In this document: one piece after another, positions 13,287-25,222 of the stretch
How the letters are laid out: every line of letters starts with the position of its first letter
Position numbering within the stretch: position 1 is the first letter of the stretch
DNA from: Mustelus asterias
Lineage: Eukaryota
Reading direction: 5' to 3'
Assembly: GCF_964213995.1 (NCBI RefSeq)
Contig: NC_135801.1
Span: forward strand, 20,398,001-20,462,000
DNA: 64,000 nt
Notes under the pieces: model-generated
The model's database searches: none
What the model saw: only the letters and a program-made list of their open reading frames with translations
What the model was told of the DNA's origin: nothing
Program-made: the position numbers and the translations under genes

Positions 13287-14839
13287 GCACGACTTACAAA
13301 TATGATTTAACTTGCTGGGAGTTATGAAGAAAATGGGGCACAAATGTTTAAATTATCTGCAAGAAAACATTAGTATTTCTGGAAACAGAAGACGGCGCCT
13401 TACGTAATATGTAAACATTTATATCATGTAATTACAGTAATGCATAATTAAAATGTCAACTAAAATACCTAACATGGCTAGGAAATTCTACGCTTCAAAT
13501 GTTTTACATCTAACCTTCATTAAAAGGTAACACAAGGGGCTATTTTAAAAATAGAAACACATAATACAGCAATACTCAGTTTGTATTATTCATTGGATAA
13601 AGGATGGTACCTGTTAAAACACATTAACTGCTCTTCCATCACAGTTTTCTTCCTCCTCCTCCAGTTTTCCCTCCCAATGATAGATGGGGTCACCACATTA
13701 CTGTTTTGATCACTTTAATAAAATTATTTCTGGATTTGGCAGTTGATCTTATAGACTGATGCCCTTCCCCATTTACATGGAGCTGGGAACCAGAGCACAG
13801 CCAACGGGAGGTTTCTCAGACATGTCCTTCCTTGCCCCTCCACATTGGCTGTGCCAAAGACCCCCAAATCATTTGGATAGTCTCTCTCCAAAATTCTTCC
13901 AATGCATTAATGTCCTTCTGAAAGTTTATGTTAACAAGTGGAAAATACAATGTTACAATTATGAGGTGTATGAGATTACTGTGTTTTGGGACCATCTTTA
14001 ATTTAGAGTAAAATGAAGGGGGCTGTGTGACCTGCTCAGAAGTCTACCTGACAACAAGCCTGGGTGGTTTGATTGTTAGAGATGAAAAGGAGCCCAGCTT
14101 GTTCTATTGGGAAGAAGGTACAAGGTTTTTACACCTGGAGACAATGTGTGCTCACAATGGATAGACTGAGAATCGCCACAGTCCCAGAAAAGTATTGAGG
14201 ATGTTGGGTTGTGGCTTTAAAATGTCCATTTACTTCCAAGTCAGGGTTTCAGGGGTAACTAATCAGTATCTCTACCTGGGTGCAAGGCTTGTGTGATTCA
14301 CAGTGCCATGGTGATAGGCTTTGAGATGGGAAGGATGCAGAAGAAGTCATTGTAATATGGAGTTAAATTATAGTGAATGTCACAGACCGGTTAGTCGGCT
14401 AGGATCTGAGAGACAGCAGCTGAAGTCTAAGGTTCGCTGTGTCGGAATGCGGGTGGAAACTCACACTCGGACTGAAAAGACCATATTCATGAGGAGTTAA
14501 AGCAAATCTCAAAGATTTACCTAGCTTATACTAGAAAGAGGATTTTCAGTTATACTGTCACCACAAACAACAGACCTGGAGCTTAGAAGTTACCACTGAA
14601 CTTCTTAGTGGTTTTGGTTTGTGTCACATCCCTGTTGTGAGCAAGAATGGACTTTATGTTTGTTAGCTGTTCTCAAACCAAGTTTGTGCCCGGGGTAGAG
14701 AATCTACTTTTAGTGGAGTGGTGGAATTTTGTACAGAATTCTCCAAACAGCTTTTCCCACATATGGAAAATGCTGTATCACTTTAAAGTTTTCTCTTGCT
14801 TGGGCTGCTGATAGGAGAGTGAGAAGGGGCCAGAAGGCG

Positions 14840-15085
14840 GGGTGTGTGAGTGGGTGTGAGAGAGAGTATGTGTAAAAGAGAGGTGTGAGTGTCTATGTGT
14901 GAGAGGGAGAGGTGAAAATGTGTGGGGAAGACAGTGGTGCGTGTGTGAGCGTGCATGAGTGAGAGAGAGGGAGATAGGGTGAGAGGGCAATTTGTGTGAA
15001 AGACAGGTCAGTGAGAGAGAGAGGTAAGAGTAAGTGTGTGAAAGAGAGAGGGGAGTGTGTGTGTGAACAAGAGACAGCGTGAGTT
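14840..15085. repeat. Degenerate (GT)n/(GA)n low-complexity microsatellite
   Basis: Alternating gtgtgt and gagaga runs. Confidence 0.85.
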
Positions 15086-15329
15086 CATATAAGAAATAGA
15101 AAAAAAACTTTGAGAAATTTGTTTTTGTATGTTTTTACCTATTGTGCAAAAACAATCATATCTTTTGTGGTTTAACTCTTCAACACAACACATCAACTGA
15201 CAAAACGGCTACAGTGCAGTTGTTGGTATTAAATCTCACCTGTACACATCTCTTACTGCTCTGCACCTTCTTCTTGGAACATCTCATTTTGTTCCTCTCC
15301 TTTAATATCCTTGTCCTCTTGCCCCTTCC

Positions 15330-16990
15330 CAACCCATATTTCTCATCAAGGTATCTTATCACTTCTTCCATCAGCCTCTGCACCAGAATGGCTTATTGTT
15401 CTCAGTGATTTCAGCCCCTGTCTCAACTCAGCTTCTTCTCTCTCCCCGAGTTCATTGCTCTCCTTCCCTCCATTCTCCTCATCAATAGTCACAGCCACTC
15501 TCCACCTTGTCGTCATCTCAAAGTTTCCCCATCCCTGTCATCTCAGGTATCCTTGCCCTCTAATATTCTTAATGTCTTCCAGCAAGTTATTGTCCCTCAG
15601 AGCTTGCCCATTTTTGCTCAAGTAAAATGGACTCAAGTGTGAATGGACGGCTAAAACTAATTACATGCCAGAAACAGGTCATTGCCAAATGTGGCTAAAT
15701 CACCATCAAGCTTTGCTCACTAACTAGGATTAAGCTGGATACACAGATAATCCGAGGCTTCATTTTGCCACAGCCAAGCATTGCTGTGTACCCCACTCAT
15801 TGCTAAAAATAAGTGCGAGGAGCTTGTGTATTTCTTCGTCACAGTCCATCAACTCAGCTACCGTTCTTCCACTAACCCACCCAAAACCAAACTTCCCTCT
15901 AGCCCGAAACTCAACTTTCTCTCCCATCTCCCCTCACATCCTTCTCCAAGCTCAGCGGGCCCCAAGAGGCCCACCTCCTGCTCGCTCAACCTTATTCCAG
16001 CTAAGCTGCTGACACCCAACTCCCTTCCTTGTCTCCAAGGCTAGGTGATATTGTTAATCATTCCACCTTTTCAAGGATTATCCCTTTTCCTTTCAAATCT
16101 GCCTCATCACTCCTTATTTAAAAGTCCACCCTTGGCCTTGCAAAATTCAGCCCCATCCCCAATCTCCTTTTCTTCTCAAAAGTCCTTGAACTTGTCAATT
16201 CCACCTCCATCAATTCCACCACTCCATGTTCGAACCTCTCCACTCAGGATTCTGTCCTACAGCAAACACTGAACCAACCCTAGTTAAAGCCACAAATGAC
16301 ATCCCTGTGAATGTGTCCGTGGGGCAGGATCTCAACTCTCTTCTCAACCTCTATGGAGCTTTTGAATGGTCAACTACACTATCCTCCTCCGTTGTCCAGC
16401 TGTGTGGCAATGCCCTGACCTGGTTCCACCTGTATCTTGCCAGTCTTAGGCACTCACAACCTCTTTTCAGTATCTGTGCTGAAGTCTACAAGGATCTATC
16501 CTTGGCCCTCTCGGTGACTCTCTGAAGAAATGATGTTACGTTTCACATGTACATTAATGACATCCAGCTCTATCACACAGATGTGCTTGCTGGTCTACAT
16601 TCGCTCCTTACTTAATGCACTGATTTTTAAATCCTCATGTTCAAATTCCTCTGTGGCCTCCTCCAGGAGGTCAAACCTCCTCCAGCCCTGCAACCCTTCC
16701 TAGCATTCTGCATTATTCAAAATTTGGCTTCTTCTGTATCATCCACTTCCTTCACCCTGCTCTTGTTGGCTGTGGCTTCAGCCATCTAGTCCCCAACCTC
16801 TGGAACCACTTCCGCAAGCTCTGGAACCTCTTCCGTATACTTTCCCAAACCTGCTTCATTGATCAAGCTTCTAGCCATCATTCCAAATATCTCACTCTTT
16901 GTCTCAGGTCAATTTAATTTATAATGCTTCTGTAAATCAGCTTAGGATATACTTCTGTGTTGAAGGCACAATATAAATGCAAGTTGTTGA
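15330..16990 (+). mobile_element. Highly decayed L2-clade LINE (ORF2 remnants and 3' tail)
   Basis: Degenerate RT motifs: LHSGFCP..TEPTLVKATNDI, LLNLYGAFE (DLSAAFD), QGSILGP, FHMYINDIQLY; tail ..GCACAATATAAATGCAAGTTGTTG. Confidence 0.75.
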
Positions 16991-17295
16991 TGAAAATGCA
17001 TTAATACTTACATAGTTTCAATCATCCTTTTACACATATCAAGGTTAGATGGAGAGACCGAGACCCCTTGCATAATAAACAAACCCTTCTTGATTTTTTG
17101 TGACAATCTTCTTCAATAGTACATGTCGCCTCGCACCACAGTTTATTGAGTTAATGATTTAGAAAAACATATGTTCTTGATAGTTTGCATGTTCTCTTAA
17201 TCTATCAGGTCAAAAGCTAATGAGTTATAACCCATAAGTAATTAATCAATGTATGAATCCAAAATTAACCAAACAGAGCAGCTTGCTAAAGTTTA

Positions 17296-17564
17296 AAAGT
17301 TTATTAGTGTCACAAGTGGGCTTGCATGAAGTTACTGTGAAAATCCCCGAGTTGCCACACCCCGGTGCCTGTTCGGGTACACTGAAGGAGAATTTAGCAT
17401 GGCCAATGCACCTAACCAGCATGTCTTTCAGACTGTGGGAGGAACCCCACATAGACACAGGGAGAACATGCAGACTCCGCACAGACAATGGCCTGAGCCA
17501 GGAATCGAACTCAGGTCCCTGGCGCTGAGGCAGCAGTGCTAACCACTGTGCCACCGTGTCACCC
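17296..17564 (-). mobile_element. tRNA-derived SINE, same head, alternative type-B tail
   Basis: Shared head; tail ..GATTTTCACAGTAACTTCATGC..TGTGACACTAATAAACTTT. Confidence 0.9.
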
Positions 17565-18080
17565 TGAGACAGACAAAAACAAATAAAAATCCATTCAGCA
17601 CAAACACTACCATTGAATAAGTTGGCAAGACTGTCACACATACATATTGGTTAGCTATACACTAACTATGGTCCAGAACAAAGGAACCTTCTTCCACACA
17701 AACCCCGAGAGACACAACCAGCTGATGGAATTTTCATTTACGTCAATAATCAAAAAGAAAACATACAAATATTCATCTACACAGCGCAAGATTTTCACAT
17801 CATTTGAAAGTGACAATCTATTTTTGCAGTATTGACATCACAGTCTGTATTTTTTAAGAATATCAAATACTTCATGAAAAAAATTAAACTGTCCTTTATC
17901 TTTGGCCACTGTCATCTATTTAAATGGAAATGTGAAGAGAAACATTTTTAAAAATCAGGTCATTATTTACACAGCCCCTTCAAAAACAAGGTATTGTTGC
18001 AACCTTGAAACAAAACCTGGGGAGCACATTTAAGTGGCACCATTTTGGAACTTCATCAGGCAATTCCGATCTTTTGTCAG

Positions 18081-18411
18081 AGAATCCGTACAGTGCAGAA
18101 GAGGCCATGTAGCCCATTTAGTCTGCACCAACTCACTGATAGAGTAACTTACCCAGGCCCTCACCCCATCCCCATAACCCCACACATTTCCCATGGCTAA
18201 TCCATCTAACCTACAAACTTTGGGACACTAAAGAGCAATTTAGTATTGCCAGTCCACCTAACGCATGCATCTTTGGACTGTGGGAGCACCCGGAGGAATC
18301 CCACGCAGACACGGGAGAATGTGCAAACTCCACACAGACAGCGACCCAAGGCTGGAATCGAACCCAGATCCCTGGCCTGTGAGGCAGCAGGGCTAATGAC
18401 TGTGCTGCCCC
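18081..18411 (-). mobile_element. tRNA-derived SINE with CR1-type tail
   Basis: Matches the family; head-to-head with the next copy. Confidence 0.88.
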
Positions 18412-18473
18412 CTTTTGATAAGGCACAGTGCTGATGTGAGGTACTTCCAGACAGAGAGGACAGCTACATAATG

Positions 18474-18808
18474 GGGCAGCATGATGGCACCACAGTTAGC
18501 ACTGCTGCCTCACAATGCCAGGGTTCGATTCCAGCCTCAGGTGATTGGAGTTTGCACATTCTCCCCGTGACTGCATGGGTTTCCTCCGGGTAGTCCAGTT
18601 TCCTCCCATAGTCCAAAGATGTGCAAGTCAGGTGGATTCGCCATGCCAAATTGCCCATGAGTGTCCCAAGATGTGCAGGTGAGGTAGATTGGTCATGATG
18701 AATGTGCAAGGTTATGGGAATAGGGTGGGGGACAGGGCAAAGTGCTCTATCAGCGAGTTGGTGCAATGGGCCAAATGGCTTCCTTCTACACTGTCAGGAT
18801 TCTATGAT
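18474..18808 (+). mobile_element. tRNA-derived SINE with CR1-type tail
   Basis: GGGTTCGATTCC box B; ends GATTCTATGA. Confidence 0.88.
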
Positions 18809-18875
18809 AAGCAGCAAGGCCGACAAAAAACAGAGACCATGTTTCGTGAAAAGTCAGGTGCAGTAATATATACAG

Positions 18876-19109
18876 TGTGGTATAAGGGTCTGACACAAAG
18901 GGTTAACACAGGACCGAGTCATTCCATCCACACACTGATGTCAGAGAGCACATGACCCACACCGAGGGGTCAGTTCAGTATTGGGCAGAGCCCTGTGTAG
19001 GAGAAAGCATGAATACAGCTCCTAGCTTGGACCTTTACTGTACCTACAATTAATTACTTAAGACTCTGAATACCTTAATAGGACCTACTATGCCCAACAC
19101 GTAACAACA
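18876..19109. mobile_element. Probable short solo LTR
   Basis: TGT...ACA termini; flanks TACAG and TACTG read as a 5-bp TSD with one mismatch. Confidence 0.5.
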
Positions 19110-19824
19110 TACTGGACATCCAGTGAAGTCATTATGAAAAGTGTGGACCCCCCTATTTTAGATGGACCATAGGGTGACAGGTTTGTTGCCATCAATAGGT
19201 TTTGTGAGAATAGGACGCAGGGGTTTGGATAGACTCACCTGATCTGAAATCATTTCAGGTGTTTACACTTGTATCTTGCAGGAAGTATTTATAGTGGCCA
19301 CCTGTCGTGAAAGGCTTCAAGTCAGCCAGTGAAAAACCACACATTCGTACCCGATCGCCACACACTGGAACTCCGAGCATGGGGGAAAAGGGTGAATTCA
19401 TGTCAGATTGACTATCTGCCTGTGCTGTTGGTTTCTCTTGTGTGTTACTCCTCCTTTCCCCAAACAGTAATTGCAAACATTTAACGGTCTTGGTTACTGC
19501 CATTTTTTGACACATCAACAATTATCCTGTGATTACTTGCATTTTTTTTAAAAATCAGTAACAGACAATTCCACCCTTAACGCTCTGGAATAGTTGCAGT
19601 CCATTTCAAATGTCAATTCATTTCAAGTAACATTCCCCCACACACAAATTTCTCACCCACCTAATGGGGAATAAAATATTGATTTCAAGTATTCGGAGAT
19701 AAATCATTGAGGGAGGAAGGAAGAATGTGTGATTAAAATAGAGGTGTGTGTATATTATATATACACACGCGTACACACATAGCACTTCCTCCCAATAACA
19801 AATGCTGTCAGAATCACACCCTAC

Positions 19825-19902
19825 CTTCAGAAACATCAAGGTCTGTGGTACCTTTCACTTGGGTAAAACACCACTGAATATCATTCCCACAGCCTCCGGC
19901 TC
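19825..19902 (-). CDS. PPP2R2C: PP2A B55 regulatory subunit, coding exon 2 (78 nt, phase 1-1)
   Basis: ctttctag|GA GCC..GAA G|gtaggg encodes AGGCGNDIQWCFTQVKGTTDLDVSE, close to B55alpha AGGGNDIQWCFSQVKGAVDDDVAE. The family call is strong; the paralog name rests on head-to-head adjacency to MAN2B2 as in human. Confidence 0.88.
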
Positions 19903-20025
19903 CTAGAAAGACAAATTCATCACGGGTGGGTCAGTTTCACCGCTCTTTCATGCAAACGTTACAAAATGAGCTGCCCTTATAGACAGACCGTGACGGGCAG
20001 TGCCTTGCGTTAAGTCCTTGCTTAC

Positions 20026-20032
20026 TTCTCAT
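20026..20032 (-). CDS. PPP2R2C: PP2A B55 regulatory subunit, coding part of exon 1 (ATG AGA A)
   Basis: gcagccATGAGAA|gtaagc: Kozak-like context, strong donor, 7 coding nt in phase 1 as in PPP2R2A exon 1; 123-nt intron to exon 2. Confidence 0.8.
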
Positions 20033-20300
20033 GGCTGCAAGTTCGCTCCAGCGTTGCAATCCAGGGACTGGGAGGCAGCGCACGGTCACACCCCAGAGCA
20101 GCGCTGCTCACACTCAGTCATCTGTCCAGCCAGCCAGTGGGTGTGGAGGCGATCCCATTGACAGCTCCGGAGGTCCAATCCCACCGTCAGGAAGCAGGAG
20201 GGAGCCGCCTCAAGGAGCTTCCCAACGCCCAATCACAAAGCAGCCAGGCTGGGGTGGGCTCCGAGTGAAGACGGATGTTTTGGTCGCTGAGGGTTTGCCA
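20033..20300 (-). promoter_or_regulatory. 5' UTR and GC/CpG-enriched promoter region of the B55 gene
   Basis: Locally raised GC and CpG; CCAAT motifs near 20175 and 20229; directly upstream of the ATG. Confidence 0.55.
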
Positions 20301-20648
20301 CATTTTATAGTGAAACCTGCGCTGCTGTCTGTTTGTGTGTGTGCGAATCTAGCTTTTATCTCCAGGTGCCTTGTATATCGGCGGCTTGAAGAGTTGCCAC
20401 TCGGGGTAGTTTTCTCGCATGAAAAGAAGTTAAATTCTGCTGAGCGGTGGAACACCTGTGACTCTATAACCCTGACTTAGCTCGCAGCCTCTATATACCT
20501 GACTGAGTTTCCCCTACGATTTAGAAAGGCAATGGCGAAGTGGGAAGGTCGCTGGACCAGTAAACCCAGAGGCCCATGCTTTGGGATGTGGGTTCAAATC
20601 CCACTAAGGCAACTGGTGGATTTTAAATTCAATGAATAAATCTGTTTA

Positions 20649-20980
20649 GGGTGGGCACAGTGGTTAGCACTACTGCCTCACAGCTCCAGGGACCTGGGTT
20701 CGATTCCGGGCTTGGGTGGAATCTGTGTGGAGATCTTTCTCCCCGTGTCTGCGTGGGTTACCTCCGGGTGCTCCGGTCTCCTCCCACAGTCCAACCATGT
20801 GCAGGTTTAGGTGCATTGGCCATGCTAAATTGCCCCTTAGTGTCCCATGGATACGAAGGTTAGAGGGATTAGTGGGGTAAATATGTGAGGTTACGGGGAT
20901 AGGGCCTCAGTGGGATTGTTGTCGGTGCAAACTCGATGGGCCGAATGGCCTGCTTCTGCATTGTAGGGTTTCTATGATTT
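20649..20980 (+). mobile_element. tRNA-derived SINE with CR1-type tail
   Basis: Family match; tail-to-tail with the fragment at 21008-21180. Confidence 0.9.
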
Positions 20981-21007
20981 CAGCATGTAGCACTAGTCTG
21001 GATGTCA

Positions 21008-21180
21008 GTCATAGAATCCTACAGTGCAGATGGGCCGTTTGGCCCATCGAGTCTGCACCGATCACAATCCCACCCAGGCGCTATCCCCATAACCCCATGC
21101 ATTTACCCTAGTTAGTTCCCCCTGACACTAAGGGACAATTTAGCATGGCCAATTTAACTAACCCGCACATCTTTGGACTA
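21008..21180 (-). mobile_element. 5'-truncated SINE (3' half)
   Basis: TCATAGAATCCTACAGTGCAG..CACATCTTTGGACT on the plus strand. Confidence 0.85.
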
Positions 21181-22692
21181 GAAGCATTTTCTCTGTAACA
21201 AATGCAGCAAATAAGAATCTGTCAATAGATTTTTTTGTTATTATTGCAGTTCTTCATGTTGAAGATTCCCTTCCCCTATGCTAATAGTGGAGAAACGGAA
21301 GTGTTTTGTAATGCATTAAAACTCAAAACATGTTTTGCACTTCATTCCTTATCGATTCTGGAAGCACATCTGAAATTCCTTCCCTTTCCAGAGCCTGCCT
21401 GCTCTTGGTGTTTACATGGCAAACAGTTGGCTTCACAATATTCCCATCTTTAGATGCCAAATATTGAGTGGGACAGGAGAGAAGGTTTGTCTGCGATTGA
21501 CCATCAAATTGTAGAGATGCCAGCATCATTATGCTGTTTCTGTCACTCAATCCTAGTTCCCCACTCCACTCACCCTGAAGAAAATAACCTTATCCAGCTC
21601 AAAAAAATATTTCTACAATTCCTTTTTCTATATCACAGCCACTTCCATTAACATGGCAAGTAATTCCTTTGGGAAACACCTTTAAATCCCCCTCCTCAGT
21701 TCTTCTGGTAATCATGCTGAACCTCTGCTGTCTTGTTGGTTTACCAATGTTTGCGTGGTGAACAGTTTTCACCCATGTAAGAGATAGATTTTATCAACAG
21801 TCTTCATTCTCGCACTGACTCTCTGGAAAGGTTAAATTCTCAGGCCGGTTTCCCCCTGCACCCCGGCCTCAGCAAATGCAACTTGGGCCATTCTGCGGCT
21901 TCCAAATTACACAGCAGACTCCTGTCTGATCTTGTGAAGAATTTGTAAAGTGGGAGGAGGGAGTCAGTGTGCAGTCACAATTGGGGATGGAAGGGTACAC
22001 AGGCAGCTGTTTCCCCTGCCTCTGACCAATAAAATAGCAGTTAAACGGCATTAAACACAAGCCCAGAGTCAGACCTACCACCCCATTGGAGGTGACTTGT
22101 GACCATGGCACTGCAACTACTGTGTAGTCTGATGTTGGGTGAGATATTGTTTCCCTGTGTGAGCTGACTCTTGACTGCATTGTCTTAAACCAACATGTGT
22201 TGATGGGTTCACTGTTCTCTAATCCAATGTTGCTACTCTACCCTATCTGAGAAGCTTACTGCACCAGGCTTTTGCAACTCCTGAAATCTTTGACATTTGG
22301 AGAAAGGTGCAGTTGCTCACACAATTCTGCCCATTACCTCAACAGCAGAGTTCACCTGCTGCACCTCCTCGCTCCAACTCTACCCTCTCACACCCACAAC
22401 ACCCACCTCAATTCATTCCCTTTCACAGGACACAGCACACTGAACACTCCCAGACCTAGCACCACAAAGTAGATCATCAATACTCCGCCAATCCCTTGGA
22501 CCCCTGCTGTATATATGACCTGTGGCATTGCTTTACATCCTGTTACTTGCAATGCAATGCCTGTGCTGGCCAAACCCTTCCCTTCCATTGGAAAGATCAG
22601 GACCTTCCTGATTAACCACTCCTAATGGAATTCTGGCCTTAAAATCTTGTGGACTGGAATATAAGGATGCAAACGCTATGCTGCAGCTATAC

Positions 22693-23013
22693 AGGCGGTA
22701 CAGTGGCACAGTGGTTAACACTGCTGCCTCACAGTGCCAGGAAGCTGGGTTTGATTCCCAGCTTGGGTCACTGTCTGTGCAGAGTTTGCACATTCTTCCT
22801 GTGTCTGCGTGGATTTCCCCCGGATGTTTCGGTTTCCTCCCACACTCCAAAGAGGTGCGGGTTAGGTTGATTGGCCATACTAAATTACCCCTTAGTGTCA
22901 GGAGGTTAGTAAGGTAAATAAGTAGGGTTATGGGGATAGGGCCTGGGTGGGATTGTGGTCAGTGCAGGCATGATGGGCCAAATAGCCTTCTTCTGCACTG
23001 TAGGGATTCTATG
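22693..23013 (+). mobile_element. tRNA-derived SINE with CR1-type tail
   Basis: Family match. Confidence 0.9.
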
Positions 23014-23024
23014 AACCCAGGTTT

Positions 23025-23580
23025 GACTCCATTTGTAGTACTGTGAGCAGATCTAGGCACCACACCTCAGGAAGGATATATTGGCCTTGGAGGGAATGCA
23101 GAGTGGGTTTACAAGAATGATACTTGGACTTCAGGGGTTTAATTATGAGCAGAGATTATACAAATTAGATCTGTTTTCTCTAGAATTTAGAAGGTTATGG
23201 GGTGATCTGATCAAAGTCTTCAAGATACTAACAGGGAAAGGCAGGGTAGGTAAAGATAAACTATTTCCACTGGCTGGAGATTCTAGAACTAGAAGGCATA
23301 GTCTAAAAATTAGGATCAGACCATTCAGGAGAGATGTTAGGAAGCATTTCTACACACAACAGGTGGTAGAGGTTTGAAATTCTCTTCCACAAACAACAGT
23401 TGATGCTAGATCAGTTGCTATTTTTAAATCGGAAATAGTTAATTTTTTGTTAAGCAAAGGTATTAAGGGATATGGGCCAAAGGCGGATATATTAAGTTAG
23501 GCCACAGATCAGCCATGATCTCATTAAATGGTGGAACAAGTTTGATGGGCTGAATGGCCTACTCCTATTCCTATGTTCCT
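23025..23580 (+). mobile_element. Decayed CR1 3' fragment
   Basis: LFSLEFRRLWGDLIKVFK..HFYTQQVVEV followed by a CR1 3' UTR. Confidence 0.88.
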
Positions 23581-24714
23581 CTCATGACCATTAAATCCCA
23601 TGAAGTTCAAGTCAAGGAAAGCCAAGATAAGCACACATGCCGACTCATATACCTTCTCTTCCTTTATCCCAGGAAAAGTCACACTCCATCCTGATTTGGA
23701 ACTACATCACCATGCCTTCACTGTCGCTGGGTCAAAATCCTGGAACTCCCACTCTAACAGCATTGAGGGTGTTCCTCCAACCCATGGACTGCAGCAGTCA
23801 GGAAGGCGACTCACTACCACCTGGAATCCTACAGTGCAGATGGAGGCCATGCAGCCCATTTGGTCTGCACCAACTCCAACAGAGCATCTCACCCAGGCCC
23901 TAGGCTCATAACTGCACATATTTATATCCCACTAAGTCCCCTATTCTATACATCATGGGACACTAACAGACATTTTGCCATGGCCAATCAACCTAAGCTG
24001 CATATTTTTGGCCCTTCTCAAGGTATGGGCAACAATGCTGGCCTAGTCAGTGGCATCCACAGGTACATAAAAATAAATAAGGATGCCCCATTCTCAAAGT
24101 AGCCAGGAGGCCCAGAATGGAGCTGAGCCAATGAACATAGCCATTGTCCTCCCCTCCTCACAGGTTTGATATCCTTCAGGTTTGGCTCTCAACATCTCCT
24201 GCAGGTTGTGTGTCTCTTAAAAGGCAAAGCTAGAAAGGGTGAAGTGTAAGCTCATCAAGATACTTGGAGATGCCTCCAAGATGTCTCATGTGTCTCTCTA
24301 TGAATTTCCTCTGTTCACATGAGCATTAATTATCTCCCTGTGTACATTTCTTGCTGCTGCATTGCAGGGCATCGTGTACAATCTGTACACACAAGACCAG
24401 CCTTGCTGCATGCAGTGAGGCCAGGCTGCATGTGTTAGAAGGCACATCTCACTCACCTTACCATAACACATAAAGCATGGGACCCAAGTTCTCTGGTGCT
24501 GTCCCAAGGTACTGACCACCTCAACAATCTTGCTGGAACTGGAAGGCTACCTGGGCCCTAGTGGGGGACAGGACATTCTGCGAGCCTCGACCCAATGCAG
24601 GAGGATCTCCATGTCATGTTTGGAGAATCAGAGAGCTGCCCTGAGTCATTTAGGAATATTGTAAGAGAAGGTACATGAGTCAGTACACATATATGTGATG
24701 TCTTAACATTTAAA

Positions 24715-25222
24715 AAAATTATTTGATGGGACGTAGGCATCGCTGGCAAAAACAGCATTTGTAGCCCCTTTCTAATTGCCATTTCAGAGAGCAGTTAAGA
24801 TTCAACCACATTGCTGTAGGTCTGGAGTCACATGTAGGTCAGACCCCGTAAGGATGACAGATTTCCTTCCTTAAAAGTTATTAGTGAACCAGATGAGTTT
24901 TCATGGTCACAATCAATGAATCTCATCATTTTGCAGACTTATCAATGAAATTTCGACTCCAAAGATGTCCGGGTTAGGTGGATTGCCCATTATAAATTGC
25001 CCTTTAGTGTCAGGGGGACGAAGAAGGTAAATATGTGGGTTACAGAGGTAGGACCTGGATGGGACTATTGTCGGTGCAGGTCGATGGGCCAAATGGCCTC
25101 CTTCTGCACTGTAGCTTCTATGATTCAGCTGCCAGTGTGGGATTTGAACCTGCATCCCCAAAGCACAAGTCTGTGCCTCTGAATTACTCATCCAGTGGCA
25201 TTACCACCGCCCCACCATCTTC
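24715..25222 (-). mobile_element. Older tRNA-headed SINE interrupted by a plus-strand SINE 3' fragment (about 24960-25124)
   Basis: Matches the 10771/13052 copy; the inserted piece matches the young SINE tail. Confidence 0.75.

Noticed and set aside
13608-13640. Minus-strand MEEQLMCFNR followed by a GT as a B55 first exon
   Set aside because: Weak donor and phase 2, not the phase 1 required.
20031-20480. 149-aa plus-strand ORF starting at the same CATG as the B55 start codon
   Set aside because: Antisense to a GC-rich UTR/promoter with no recognisable homology; likely a compositional artefact.
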